64,000 nt of DNA from Azolla caroliniana (taxonomy: Eukaryota > Plantae > Polypodiophyta). Within the stretch, counting starts at the first letter, position 1. Each line of letters begins with the position of its first letter. A program made the translations under genes and the position numbers. A model generated the notes under the pieces. The model was not told the origin of the DNA, searched no databases, and saw only the letters and a program-made list of their open reading frames with translations. Location of the stretch: assembly GCA_043228905.1 (NCBI GenBank), contig JBHGNT010000001.1:10354001-10418000 (forward strand). Reading direction: 5' to 3'. Positions 37,395-50,874 of this stretch are shown here, piece after piece.

Positions 37395-40300
37395 GCGTGG
37401 GGCCGCGATAGTCCGGACACCCGGGAAGAACCCCACAAATGTACAGTACGGAAGAAGACTTGTACCATAGGTAGGAAATTTTGGTTCTCCGACAACGGAG
37501 GTTGTACTATAACCAACGTCAGCGGCAGGGAGAGGAAGCAAGCGGAGGAGCGGCTCAGGGGATGCGGAGTCCTCTTCCCCGACGAGGGCATCAGCGGCGC
37601 CATGGAGGCGGTCTCTTTTGACGACACCTTGGGCGAACTACGAAAGGTGATCGGTGAAGACCTTAGAGAAGACCGGACCATTCCGGTGGGGTCAATGGGA
37701 ATGTACGAAGTCATCGCAGACTTCGGGGAAAGGATCGGGTCGGATCGGATGGCCCGCGTGGATACGAAATACAAGATTGTGGACCGGAAGGTGAGGCCAA
37801 TCACGGCACCCTTGCCGGAGGGCAACGAGGAGCGGATAAAGGGGGTCGCGTCGGACCCAAGTTTACAAAATCCGGCTGGCATAGGGCACCGGTTCACCGA
37901 CATAACGCTACGAGAGCTCAAGGTCGGTGGGGGCGGCTTCCTACTGCCGGTGGAGGAGGACCGGTGGAGGAGGACCGGTGGAGGAGGACCGGTTTCGGAG
38001 AATGCTCGGGAGGCACGGGAAGGCTTTCGCATTCTCACCGGAGGAGATCGGGTGCGTAGACCCGACAATTGTCGAACCGATGGTGATCTTCACGGTACTG
38101 CATGTACCGTGGAATCTCAAGCCGATTCCGGTGCCGAGAGCTCACATCCCAAAGTTGATGGAGCTCCTAAAGCAAAAGGTGGAGATGGGCATCCTCGAAC
38201 CGTCGAGTGCCCCGTATTCGAATTGATGGTTTACGGTGCCAAAGAAGAACGGCACGCTGCGCTTCATCCAGGACCTACAACCGGTCAACAAGGTGACCAT
38301 CCGTAACGCAGGGATCATACCGACCATAGACGAGTTCGCGGAGGCCTTCGCTGGAAGGTCGATCTATTCTGTCGGTGATCTGTACTCGGGGTACGATCAG
38401 TTCCAACTAGCTATGGAGAGTAGAGACATTACGACGATGCGGACTCCTCCCGGCCTGGTGCGGATGTGTACCCTGCCACAAGGAGGGACGAACTCTGTGG
38501 CTCACATGGTGAACGCGATGAACAAAGTGCTCAGGGATTGTATCCCGGACATCACCATGCCGTTCTTAGAGGACATCCCGATCAAGGGATGCCCGGTGGA
38601 GAAAAGGGACGAGGCAATCGGGCCGGACGGATGTCGGAATTTCGTGGTGTCCCACATCGATGACTGCGAGAAGGTGCTGCAGAGACTAGAGCGTGCGAGG
38701 CTCACCTTCTCCGGGGAAAAGTCGGCCTTCGGACAATCGGAGATCTTGGTGGTCGGACACTTGTGCGGGCCATATGGTAGGAAACCGTCTCCGACAAAGG
38801 TAGAGGCCATCTCCGCGAATAGGAACGTTTGCGGGTCGGTCACGGAGGTCCGCAAATTCTTGGGGGCATGCGCGTTCTACCACATTTGGATCCCACACTA
38901 CGCACATGTCGCGGAACCCCTCTACGGACTATTAAAAAAGGGGCGTTGCTTTGAGTGGAGGACGGAGCACATGGAGTCGGTTCGGAGACTAAAGGAGGCG
39001 CTTATGGCAGCACCGGCTCTCCGTAAAGCAGTTTACGGCAAGGAAGTTCCCATTTGCGTAACGGTGGACACCAGCCCGACCGGGATCGGGTGGGTAATCA
39101 GTCAGGAGGACAAGGGCGGCGTACGATTCCCGATCCGGTCAGGAGCCGGATACGGAGGAAGACGTACCGATTCTTCCTGCGGGATGGGTGCATATGGAGG
39201 CACCCAAAGAAGAGAAGCGGCATTCCACTCCGAGTAGTGGCAAAGAAAGAAGAACAAGGGATACTACTGACGGCATTTCACGAGAGCCCCTGGGCCGGGC
39301 ACCGCGGAACGTGGGCCACTTTCGAGAAGCTGAAGGAGAAGTACTGGTGGCTTGGGTTGTACCAGGACGTGCATCGGTTCGTAACGACTTGCGAGAGCTG
39401 TCAGATGCACTCCGTAGTCTGACACTGAGACGAGCTACACCCGACCTACCCACCCATGGTCCATTTCAAGTGGATGGTGGACTTGGTGACGATGCCGATG
39501 GGGGTAGGACAGATGCGATACCTGGTGCTTGCACGGGAAGACTTAATGAACCAGGTGCAAGGCCGTGCACTGCAAAGCAAGACAACTGCGGCGGTATGCC
39601 GGTTCCTGATCGAAGAAGTAGTGTGTCGGTACGGGTGCGTTAGGAGGATCGTGGCGAACCGGGGAGAGCTGGATGCGCGGGAGGCCGAGGAGCTGTTCGA
39701 CCGGCTAGGCGTCAAACTCTCCCTCACCACGGTGTACAATCCGGAGGCGAACGGAAAGGTGGAACGTGGGCACAAACCGATTGTAAAGGCGTTGGTGCGT
39801 GCATGCGGTGGGCAGGTCGGGAATTGGCCGCGACTCCTTCCTTACGCGCTATGGGCAGACCGGACTACGCACAATTCGGTGACAGGGTTTATGCCGGCGG
39901 AACTAATGTACGGACAAAAGCCGATCATGCCGGTGGAACGGATGGTTTCTTTGTGGGTGGCGGTAGATTGGAAAGACGAAATGAGCCGGGAGGAGTTGCT
40001 GGCGGCACGGATTCGGCAACTCGAGCGGAGGCCGGAGGACGTGATACAGGCGAAGGAAAAGCTGCGAGCGGCGAGGGAGCGGAACATGACCCGGTTCAAC
40101 CGGACACACCGGTTGCGACCAAAGAAGATCGAGGAAGGCGACTGGGTCTTGGTATACGACAGCAGCCTCGACAATCAAGACAAGGCGGTGCAAAAGTTTG
40201 CTAGGAGATGGTTCGGGCCCTACATGGTGACGAGCGCGAACGGCAACGACATGTACCACCTTGCGGAGCTCGACAGGACACGGTTAGCGGTGCCGGTGGC

Positions 40301-43300
40301 AGGAAAGCGGATCAAAGCTTTCAAAAAGCGGTTCGAAGACGAGCCGGAGCCTGCGAGCCGAAGCGACAACGATGATCAATTCGGGTTCGACGGAGAACCG
40401 GAGAGCAATGAGTGAGGCCGAGTTTCTTCGATATCTACCCGTCTCTGGCGCATACCGGTGGATGCGCGGTTTTGTGGGGGTGGATGATGTGAAGAAACCC
40501 GGCCATAGGCGGAATCGGAGAGAAAGCACGTAAACCGGCCCCTCCATGGATGGACGCGTGACTGGTTACTTTGTACGCGAACCGGTGGATGTGACTACTA
40601 AGCCACACGCATTTATGAGAGGGGGATTGTGCGTATCCCAAAAAGGGGGGGAACGGGGAATAAAAGGCAAGAGGGGAAGAGAAAGAAGGAGATCATGCGC
40701 GAGGGAGAAGGGAAGCCGAGCTCTCTCTCTAGTCGAGCCGTCGTTCTTTGTGGGTCCGTCGCCGCCTGTGGGAGTGCGAGGCCTCTGCTTCGTGGACAGC
40801 CCGTGTGCTTCCAGCAGAGTCACTCCCTTTTCCCTTTGTTTCTTGGAGTCGGGTGACTGTCGTCGGTGTGCGTGAGTAGGGTCCCCGTGTCGGGTCCGTC
40901 GCCGCCTCGTCGGTTGTAACTGTCAGGGATTGTAATCTCTTGTCATTATAATTAAGTGTTACGATTCTATCTCTTTCCTTCTCGCTTTTCGTGTCGGTGA
41001 ATCTCTCTCCGTCTCTCTCTCTCTCTCGCTCCTCGGTCCAAGGCCCCCGTGGTCCCGCCCCTTTCCACACGCACGACAACGTGTGCGTATAGAACGAGGC
41101 GGAACCACGAGGGTCTTGGACCGAGGAATAACCGATCAGGAGTAGGAGCAAGAAGGACAACGGCCGTGCTTCCACACACACACAGACACAAATACACAGA
41201 AACCGCAACCGAATGAAACAACGAAAACGAGACGAATGCGTATATGTATATATATATTTTGATGAAAAGGGGGTTACAACCGGCAAGCTGGTGAGTGACA
41301 ATCTCCTACGCCTATGCACACGCACACAGAAGAGCGAGATGGAGACTCTACAGGAAGCACTCGGGTGTTCCGCAGAGCAGAGTCAACCTCCCGAAAACCT
41401 GCACAAAGCAAATACAGAAAAAGACGGAGGAGAAAACCTCGGTCCCAGTCCGACTACACTTCATCCTCGACAAAAGTGATCCCCTTTACAATCCCTCTCC
41501 CTCTCTTTTATAGCCGAAGGAGGGAGGTCATTACAACTTGTTACATCATCTTTATTCTTTGTCCTTTCGGACAGAGATATGCCTCGATTTCCTATCTATC
41601 AAATCCATGCGACCTAGGATATTCACATCACCCGACTTGTACCTAAATATCTACATAACAGAACTTGTGCCCACATGTAAGAGCCGATTCGCGCGCATTA
41701 CTCTCCAATTCCGCCTAGGGACGGTTTTCTCCACGACATCCGCCCCCACCTAATCGCACATCCACCAGTATGCGCCAAAATAGACTCTTGCTGGAGAAGA
41801 CCGGCCCGCGCTTACCCTTTGTCCTCTAGATCGCCATTCACTCCGAACCGGTCTTCCTCGCTATCCAAGTCGTCCGGGTCTGGTTCATCCTCATGCCGCT
41901 TTTTGAACGCTTTGATCCTTTTCCCGGCCACCGGTACTGCCATCCTCGTCCCGTCAAGCTCCGCAAGATGGTAGGTCCCGTTGTCGTTGGCGCTTCTCAC
42001 CACGTAAGGCCCGGACCACCTCCTTGCGAATTTCCACATCGCCTTGTGCTGGTTGTTGAGGTTGCTGTCATATACCAGAACACAGTCACCTTACTCGATT
42101 TTCTTCGGCCTTAGTCGGAGGATCTGGTCAAATCGTCCCTTGTTCTTTACCCTCGCGGCCCGCAGCTTTTCCGCGGCTCATTCCACATCCTCCGGTCTTC
42201 GCTCGAGCTATTGGATCCACGCCGCTAACAGCTCCTTCCGTCTCATCTCCTCTCTCTAGTCCACCGTGGCCCATGAGGAGTCGTTCACTCCATTGGTATG
42301 ACCGGCTTCTACCCGTACATCAGCTCCGCCGACATGAACCCAGTTACTGAACTGTGCGTAGTTTGGTCGGCCCACAACGCATAGGGTAAGAGCCGCGGCT
42401 AGTTTCCGACTTGGCCTCCACATGCCCGCACTAACGCTTTGACAATCGGCCCGTGTCCGCCTTCCACCTTCCCGTTCGCCTCTGGATTATACGTCGTGGT
42501 GAGCGATAGTTTAACCCCTAGCCGGTCAAACAGCTCTTCAGCCTCTTGTGCGTCCAGTTCTCCGTAGTCGGCTACAATCTTTCCTACGCATCCATACTAG
42601 CATACCACTTCTTCGGTCAGAAATCGGCACACGGTCGCGGTCATTTTGTTCGGCAACGCTCGGCCTTCCACCTGGTTCGTCAGGTCCTCTTGAGCCAGCA
42701 CCAGATATCGCATCTGCCCTACCCCCATCGGCATTGTCACCAGATCCACCATCCACTTGAAGTGGACGGTCGGAGGGTAGGTCGTGTGGAGCTCATCCTG
42801 GTGTCGGACTATGGAGTGCATCTGACAGCTTTCGCAAGCCATCACAAACCGATGCACTTCCCGGTATAGTCCCGGTCACCAGTACTTCCCCTTCAGCTTC
42901 TCGAATGTGGCCCATGTCCCGCGATGTCCGGCCCAAGGACTCTCGTGGTACGCCGTCAGCAGTTCCACCTGTTCCTCTTTCTTTGCCACAACCTAGAGCG
43001 GGATGTCATTTCTCTTCTTCGGGTGCTTCCATATGCACCCATACCGTAGAAATAATCGGTACGCTTTCTTCAGAATACGGTTGGTCTCTTCCTTCGTCTA
43101 CGCCACGTCCGGTGTCATTGTCTTCAGGAACCCGCCGATCTTGAGCCACTCCTCGTCATAATTGCTCTCATCGAACTCGTTAAGCGCCGGAGTGCTCCCC
43201 TTCCTTGTTGTTATATAAGTTGTCTCGAAGAAGTCCACGCCGACTTCTTCGTCCTCCGAGACCATGCCATCCTCATCATCGAATCTCGCCCTCAAAAGCA

Positions 43301-43346
43301 TGTCGGCCATGGCGTTGTCCTTTCCGGAAATGTGTCATATTTCCGG

Positions 43347-46300
43347 TGTCGCGAAGTTTCGCGAGTACATGTAGATCCTAGGCGGGACCACAGGGGTCTT
43401 AGACTAGGGAGAAGAGGAGAAAGGTTAAGACAACGAATGGAAGATTAGGTCATAGCTCAAGAGGAGAAGAGAACGAATATGACATTATGATAGAAGAAGA
43501 AGAAGATGATGATGATGAAGAAGATGGAGTCAAGATACTCAACAAGAAGTTCTATTAAGAAAACATAAACGCTTTACAATGGTGGCCGCCATGGCCACAC
43601 CAAAACGACTATAAGGAAACCCTAAAGGAAACCCAAGAAGAAAACCCTAACCGAAACCCTAAACCCGAATAGGAAACCCTCGACCTAAGTGGTATGCCTC
43701 TCTCCCTCAAAATAGGCAACCCCTCATAAGTGACCCCTCCCTTCCTTTTATAGCCCAAGGAGGGAGGGACCTTACAATATGGGATAGAATTTCCCCCCTT
43801 ATTTCTATGCACCATTTCCTAGTATACATGTGCACATGGTGCACACCACCGATTTGCCTATTCCGCCCCGGTTTCCGCCTATGGACGAAAATCTTCACGA
43901 CATCCACCCCCACCAAACCGCACATCCACCGGTATGTGCCAAGAAAGGAGAAGAGGTGAGATTTTTCGGCCATGGTGATAAAACCGAGCTCCGCCGTGTC
44001 CTCGTTGGCCTTGCTCGGCTTCGTTTTCCATTTCGAGCACACCCGTCCAAACCGTCGTAGTATCCTGTTCCACCATATCCGTCGCACGTCCTCGAGCCGA
44101 CGGCTCCCACCAATCCACCACGTCCACCGCACGCGCCTTCCTCCCCGGTCGGTCCTCCCGAACGCCATTGCCGATCCGGTCACTCTTACTTTGTATGCCA
44201 CGTAGGTCCTCCGATTAGGCCCTTGGTCACCCTGTTTGCTCGCCGGATTCCGCCCCTTGTGTACCGCTTGTGTTCTATCTTTGGCTCGATCCTCTCTTCG
44301 TCTTGAACACCTCGTGCTGATTCCCTCTGTTCCGTGCTCACCTTCCGTAGGCTCTTTCCGTGTGCCTTTGTTGTCTCCGAAACACGCGCTCGTTCTTTGG
44401 TCCCTCGGTGACCTCATTACGCGCTCCTCGCTTCTCCCTCGCTCACCGTGCTCTCTCGCCGTAGAGCGTACCGTCATCCCGACCACCATGTCAGTGTCCT
44501 TCGCGACTCCCGTTATCGCTTCATCCCGACTCTCGTCCTCTTGGCCTGCTTGGCCTCGCATGCCTTCCGGGACGCCACGCTTCCTTTTCTTGGCGCGTAG
44601 CCCGTTGCTCTCCACGCACCTCCCCCAGTTCTCAAGACATAGCCTTTCATGCTCGCCGATCATCCTTGTGCTTGTCGTTCGGCCCTTACGCGGCCACATC
44701 GCACGTCTCGCACTCCGCTCCGCTCTGCGTACCCTTTCGAAAAGGTACGTTGCTTCCCCGACATCCGTGTCGGTGCTCTCGTCTTTGGTGTCCTCCGCAA
44801 CCTCTGATGTTGCCGCTTCGCCCCGAGGTACACCCTCTTGGTCCGCCTCGTATGTCCTCCGGATGCGCTCCGGATCTCTCCAATCGCACTCCCGTTTCCA
44901 CCCTTTGGTTTTATTGTCTCCGCATGCCGAACACCTCGGTGTGTCGACTCTTCCCGCTCCGCGCTTGCCTTCCGTAGGCTCTTCCCGTGCGCCGATGTTG
45001 TCCCCCGAATATGCGCTCATTCTTTGGCCCTTAGGCGGCCCCATTCCGCATTCCTTGCTTCTCCTTTGCCCGTCGTGCTCTCTCGTTGTAGAGCGTACCG
45101 TCATCCCGACCTCCGTGTCGGTGTCCCTCGAGGCTCTTGTTACCGCCTTGCCTCGACTTGCGCCCTCTTGGCCCGCTTGGCCTTGCATGCCCTCCGGGAA
45201 GCCGCTGCGTCTTCTCTTCCCGGTGTGTACCCCGTTGTTCTCCGCGCACCACCCTTCGCTCTCGTCGTTCATCCGCCGATCCCGGCAACTCACCGCTTCG
45301 TTTCTTGCTACGTGCTTGCCTCTCAAAGGCTCGACCTGTCCGCCGTTGCCGCTCACTCGTTGCCGCTCTTCCGGGTGCATGCTTGCTTCTTGGCCCTTTG
45401 TCGTCCGTAGTGCATGCTCCGTTTTACGCCGTAGTGCATACTTCGTATTACGCGCCTCATCCGTCGTAGACCCGACCCCCGCGTCGGTCTCTTCGTCCTT
45501 TGTCGCCGTAGCCCCTTCCGACTCCAGCTTGCCGTCTAGGCCATGCTCGTCCGTCTCCACGCACCGGGTACCCGTTCCGGTAGCCTCGTCCGTTCCAGTC
45601 TCCGACTCCTCGCCGCCACCCACCGTCTCTTCGGTCTTATGTTGATCCGCAACCGCCGAAGTCTCAAGAATAGGTGTGGAGGGTGTTAGGAACTCGACGT
45701 TCCTTATGTCCGACACGTTCAGCCACAACCGAGATTCTTTAATACACAGTAAACAGGTAATGAAACGCGACACAAAAGAAAAAGAAGAGGAGAAATGGTA
45801 CACAGGAGGTATACGTGGAAAACCCCAAAAAATAGGGGAAAAACCCACGGCAGCCCACGAGCTGCAAACTGTCACTATGCAGAAATATACAACAGTGAGA
45901 TCACTGAGGCAACGACCTCGTGTTCTCAGATCTTCGCCACAGGCGGCGGTTACAACAGAGGCAACGACCTCGTCTCTCTCTCTCTTTTCCCTCTCTCTCT
46001 CTCTGTACAGTTACGCGCTCTGATTTCTACTTGCACCAACAAGAAAGAATAACAACAAGAATGACAACAGTAACTAAAAGTTTGCCCTAAGTCATATTTA
46101 TACTAATATGACTTTTCGGCTATTTACAAATGTAGCCTCGATGGGCTCCATCCGGCTCTCCGCAGTCGGGTACTCCTCATCCGGTTCATACCGGGCCTAC
46201 ACCATCCGACTCTCCGCAGTCGGGTACTCCTCACCCGGTTCATACCGGGCCTACACCATCCGACTCTCCGAAGTCGGGTTCTCCCCATCCGTTTGTTCGT

Positions 46301-48722
46301 CGGCACTGTTCTTCTCCCTTCCCATCCGGAGGGACCTGTCTTCCAACAGAGGGTTCCTCTTGCTCTCGGTCTTCTGCCAAGCCGTAATCACCGTGCCCGG
46401 TTAGCCTCCTTCTCGCGCTCACCGGCTCCCACCGGGTGTTGTGGCTCGTTCGCCTCGACCTCCAATCATGCCGACTTAGCCTTCGCCCGGATCGGTCTCG
46501 GCCGATCGAGTTCCGATTTGGTCGGCTCCCTTTCGTAATCGTAACCAGCCGATACATGTTTGTCCGCACAAATCCGGTCTTGCCGACTCTTCTTCGGTTC
46601 CGGCCCGATTGACCGGACCCCGCTCCAATCTTCTTCCGCCTTGCCTTCCAGTCGTTTCGGCTTATCGACCGGTTCATTTTCCAGTCGGGTCGGTTCCTGA
46701 CTCTCTCCTCCTTGCCATTCCCGACCTCTCCGTCGGTCCTCTTGTATATCCCCGTTACGGGCCTCGCATCCTCATCTTCGCACGTGTTCGCTCCAGGCCA
46801 TGCCTCCTCACGGCCACCGTCCTTCTCTCCGGTCTTATGTTGGCATTCAAGCGCAACCGCCGTAGTCTCCGGCCTCGATGTCGAGGGACCTCTCCTCCGT
46901 CTGCTATGACCTTCCTCGCCGTCGTTTCGATCGTCCGCATTGCCAACGCCACCTTCTGTCTCTCCGGCCTCACGTGGGCTCTTGGGGCCGACCGCCGAAG
47001 TCTCTAGAATAGGTGTGGGAAAAGTCCTGGCACCTCCGCTCGTCGTTGCTGTAGTCGCCTCCGTCCGGACGTCGTTGTCCGCGGCTCCCCCATCTCCGAT
47101 TCCGCAAGCCTCGATTATGCTTGCCACCCCTTCTTCCTCGCTTTCCTTGCCGTTGTCTTGGTTTCCCTCCTTGTCACCGCCACCGCCCGTCGCTCTAGGT
47201 CTCACGCAGGCACTTGGGCCGGCCGCCGGAGCCTCCAAGACCGGTGTGTGTAAGGTCGCGGCACCGCCGCTCATTGTGTCCGTAGCCGCTTCCGTTCGGA
47301 CGTCGTTGTCCACGGCTAACCCGCCTCCGATTATGCAAGCCTCAATTATGCTTGCCGCCTCCCCTTTGTTGTCGTTTCGGCTACTCGCCTTCCCGCTTGA
47401 TGTTTTGGGCCGCCGTGTCCCGAATCCGTAGTTACCGGCCTCCATGGCCGTCGCTTCACCGCAAGGCAAGAGGGTCACTTGCTTCACACCCTCTCCCATG
47501 TTGCTGTCGCACGCTCTTTCGGCCTCCGCATAGGCCCCGTCTTCTACGTCTAGGGAGGCTTCTTCGTCTGCATCCTCCGATCGCCTCCGGCCCGACTCCA
47601 TAACAAGCCCTTCTTCGGCTCCGATTTTCGCCTTCACCAGCTCTCGCACGCCTCCCATACCAACGCCTAGAAGTCGTACTCCTCCGGTTGATCGCGCGTC
47701 AAGCTCTTTTCCGGCGGTGGTGTGTAGCCGCCCACCGCCCTCTCCTTTCCGTCGCTCGCGGGCCAAGTCGTTGCCGACCGCTCCCCATCATATTGCCGGC
47801 ATACCCACTTTGGTCTCGCGTATCCATATGCCTCCATTAGAGCTCCCTCGAAGGATTCCCATGACTCGTGAGCTTCTTGAAGCTCCTTGATCTCTTTATG
47901 CACCGATATGGCCGCCACTCGACGAAAATACTCTAGCCGCATCGCCTCGTCTACGCGCCCTTTCGCCATCTCGGCATCGTACGCTTCCAAAAACCTCGGG
48001 ACATCGTCCCCGTTGAATCGACCGACTCGATCGACCACCCTCTCGACGGCTTGTTGAGCCGCATCTCGCCTCGCTTTTTTCCGTCGCACATCCATTATGA
48101 TCTTTGCCATCATCTCCTCGAAGTCGAAGTCTTCTTCCATCTCCGTTCTCCCTTGCCACCTCTTCACGTCGGGTTTAGCAAAGATGTCGCGAAGTTTCGT
48201 GAGTACGTGTAGATCCTAGGTGGGACCACGGGGGTCTTGGACTTGGGAGAAGAGGAGAAAGGTTAAGACAATGAATGGAAGATTAGCTAATAGCTCAAGA
48301 GGAGAAGAGAACGAATATGACATTATGATAGAAGAAGAAGAAGATGGAGTCAAGATACTCAACAAGAAGTTCTATTAAGAAAACATAAACGCTTTACAAT
48401 GGTGGCCGCCATGGCCGCACCAAAACGACTATAAGGAAACCCTAAAGGAAACCCAAGAAGAAAACCCTAACCGAAACCCTAAACCCGAATAGGAAACCCT
48501 CGACCTAAGTGGTATGCCTTTCTCCCTCAAAATAGGCAACCCCTCATAAGTGACCCCTCCCTTCCTTTTATAGCCCAAGGAGGGAGGGACCTTACAATGT
48601 GGGATAGAATTTCCCCCCTTATTTCTATGCACCATTTCCTAGTATACATGTGCACATGGTGCACACCACCGATTTGCCTATTCCACCCCGGTTTCCGCCT
48701 ATGGACGAAAATCTTCACGACA
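43347..48722 (-). mobile_element. Element I: non-autonomous Trp-family LTR element
   Basis: LTRs 43347-43902 / 48185-48722, perfect TSD CCGG, degenerate Trp PBS, PPT 43903-43914; gag N-terminus (47667-48167) then low-complexity ORFs; no RT or INT. Confidence 0.9.
45684..46348 (-). mobile_element. Solo LTR N (665 bp), same family as M
   Basis: TG...CA, TSD GAGGG; roughly 54-bp internal repeats; inverted homolog of 56469-57133. Confidence 0.88.
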
Positions 48723-50716
48723 CCGGATTCAAGGACTTGATGTACGCTATCCACCTGAGCATTGCTAGGTCCGGCGTTGCGCATTTGGAAACTATACCGA
48801 GAATCGGCAGGTAGTCCGTCTCAATTATCACCTCCGTCCCGATCAGCTAGTCTTTGTCGGCCTTGACCGTCGAAACAATACCCCAGAGTTTGCGTTTAAC
48901 CTGGGCGTACCCTCGTTGTCGTTCACTGAGGACTTTCGCGCCGAACCGGATGGGGAACCTCGTGCCATTCTCATCCTCCTAGTTGATCACCCATTCGATT
49001 CTGGTCGGACTCATGTCTACGGTCACGTAAATCGGAATGTCTTTACCGTAGACCGCTTTCCGGAGTGCCAACGCCGCAGCAAGTGCTTCTTTCATTGTTC
49101 GGACCGACTCCGTATGCTCCTCTCTCCACTCGAATCTACGCCCTTTCTTCAACAATCCATAGAGCGGCTCCGCGACGTGGGCGTAATGCGAGATCCAGAT
49201 ATGGTAGAACGCGCATGCTCTCAAGAATCTCCGGACTTCCATGACCAAATTGCAGTCGCGCTTCATCGCAGAGATGGGCTCTACCTTGGCCGGCGACGAT
49301 TTCCGACCGAATGGCCCACATAGGTGTCCAACGACCATGATCTCTGATTGCCTGAAGGCCAATTTCTCTCCGGAGAAGGTGAGCCTCGCGCACTCTAGTC
49401 TTTGCAGCACCTTCTCGCAATCATTAACGTGGTCCGCCACAAATTTCCGGCATCCGTTCAGTCCGATTGTCTCGTCCTTATCCTCCATCGGGCATCCTTT
49501 GATCGGGATGTCATCTAAGAGTGGCATGGTGATGTCCGGGATACAATCCCTTAGCGCTTTGTTCATTGTGTTCACCATATGGGCTACCGAGTTCGTCCCT
49601 CCTTGCGGAAGGGTACACATCCGTACTAGGCCGAGAGAGGTCCGCATCGTTGTAATGTCCCTGCTCTCCACGGCTAGCTAGAACTGATCGTATCCCGAGT
49701 ACAGATCACCGACCGAGTAAATTGACCTTCCGACGAAGGCCTCTACAAACTCGTCTATGGTCAGTCTAATTCCTGCGTTTTGAATAATTGTCACCTTGTT
49801 GACCAGTTGCAGGTCCTGAATGAAGCACAACATGTCGTTCTTCTTGGGCACGGTAAACCACCGATTAGAATACGGGGCACTCGACGGTTCGAGGATGCCC
49901 ATATCCACCTTCTGTTTCAGCAGCTCTATCAACTTCGGGATGTGAGCTCTGGCTACTGGGAATCGGTTTGAGATTCCACGGTACATGCGGTACCGTGAAG
50001 ATCATCATTGGCACCCGATCTCCTCCGGCGAGAATGCGAAGGCCTTTCCATGCCTCCCAAGCATTCTCTGAAACCAGTCCTCCTCCGCCGGCAGTAGAAA
50101 GCCACCCCCACCGACCTTGAGCTCTCGTAGCGTTATGTCGATGAATCGGTGTCCTATGCCAGCCGGATCTCGTAAACTTGGGTCTGACGCGACCCCCTTC
50201 ATCCGTAACTTGTTGCCCTCCGACAAGGGTGTTATGACTAGCCTCACCTTCCGGTCCACAGTCTTGTACTTCGTATCCACTCGGGCCGTCCGATCCAACA
50301 TAAGTCCTCTACCGAAGTCGGCGATGACTTCGTACATCTTTTCCAAACATACCGGAATCGTCCGGTCTTCACTAAGGCCCTCTCCGAACATCTTCCGTAA
50401 CTTCCCCAAGGTGTCGTCAAGAGAGACCGCGTCCACGGCTCCGTTGATTTCCTCTTCGGGGGCAAGGACTCCACATGCCCCGAGTCACTCTTCTGCCCGC
50501 TTCTTCTCCCGGCCAACGACGTCGGCTATTGTACAACCTCCGCTGCCGGAGAACCAAAACTTCCTACCTACATTACAGGTTCTTCTGCCTACTGTACATG
50601 TGTGGGGTTTTTCCGGAGTGTCTAGTGTTGAGGAGCAAGCTCAACATGGTATGCGATGCTTATTGGGAAATAAGCTATAGTAGTTATTTAGCTACTTGTG
50701 AACATAAAGGAGAAAC

Positions 50717-50874
50717 AGCTAATTAGCTACTGACAGCTAATTAGCTACTGACAGCTAATTAGCTACTGACAGCTATTTAGCGACTGACAGCTATTTAGCG
50801 ACTGACAGCTAATTAGCTACTGACAGCTATTTAGTGACTGACAGCTAATTAGCTACAGGCAGCTAATTAGCTGC
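50717..50874. repeat. 18-bp tandem array AGCTAATTAGCTACTGAC in J 5' LTR (about 9 units; about 7 units at 55769-55890)
   Basis: Counted directly in both LTRs. Confidence 0.95.

Larger units (their letters stand above)
33157..41078 (+). mobile_element. Element G: tRNA-Trp-primed Gypsy, GC-rich lineage
   Basis: LTRs 33157-33782 / 40485-41078; PBS 33787-33804; gag 33827-, CMWCDTIGHIRKDC, PR, RT 38236-39140, INT 39456-40415; RNase H largely deleted near 39140. Confidence 0.93.

Noticed and set aside
44236-45645. 469-aa plus-strand ORF
   Set aside because: Likely antisense shadow in GC-rich sequence; no domain motifs recognised
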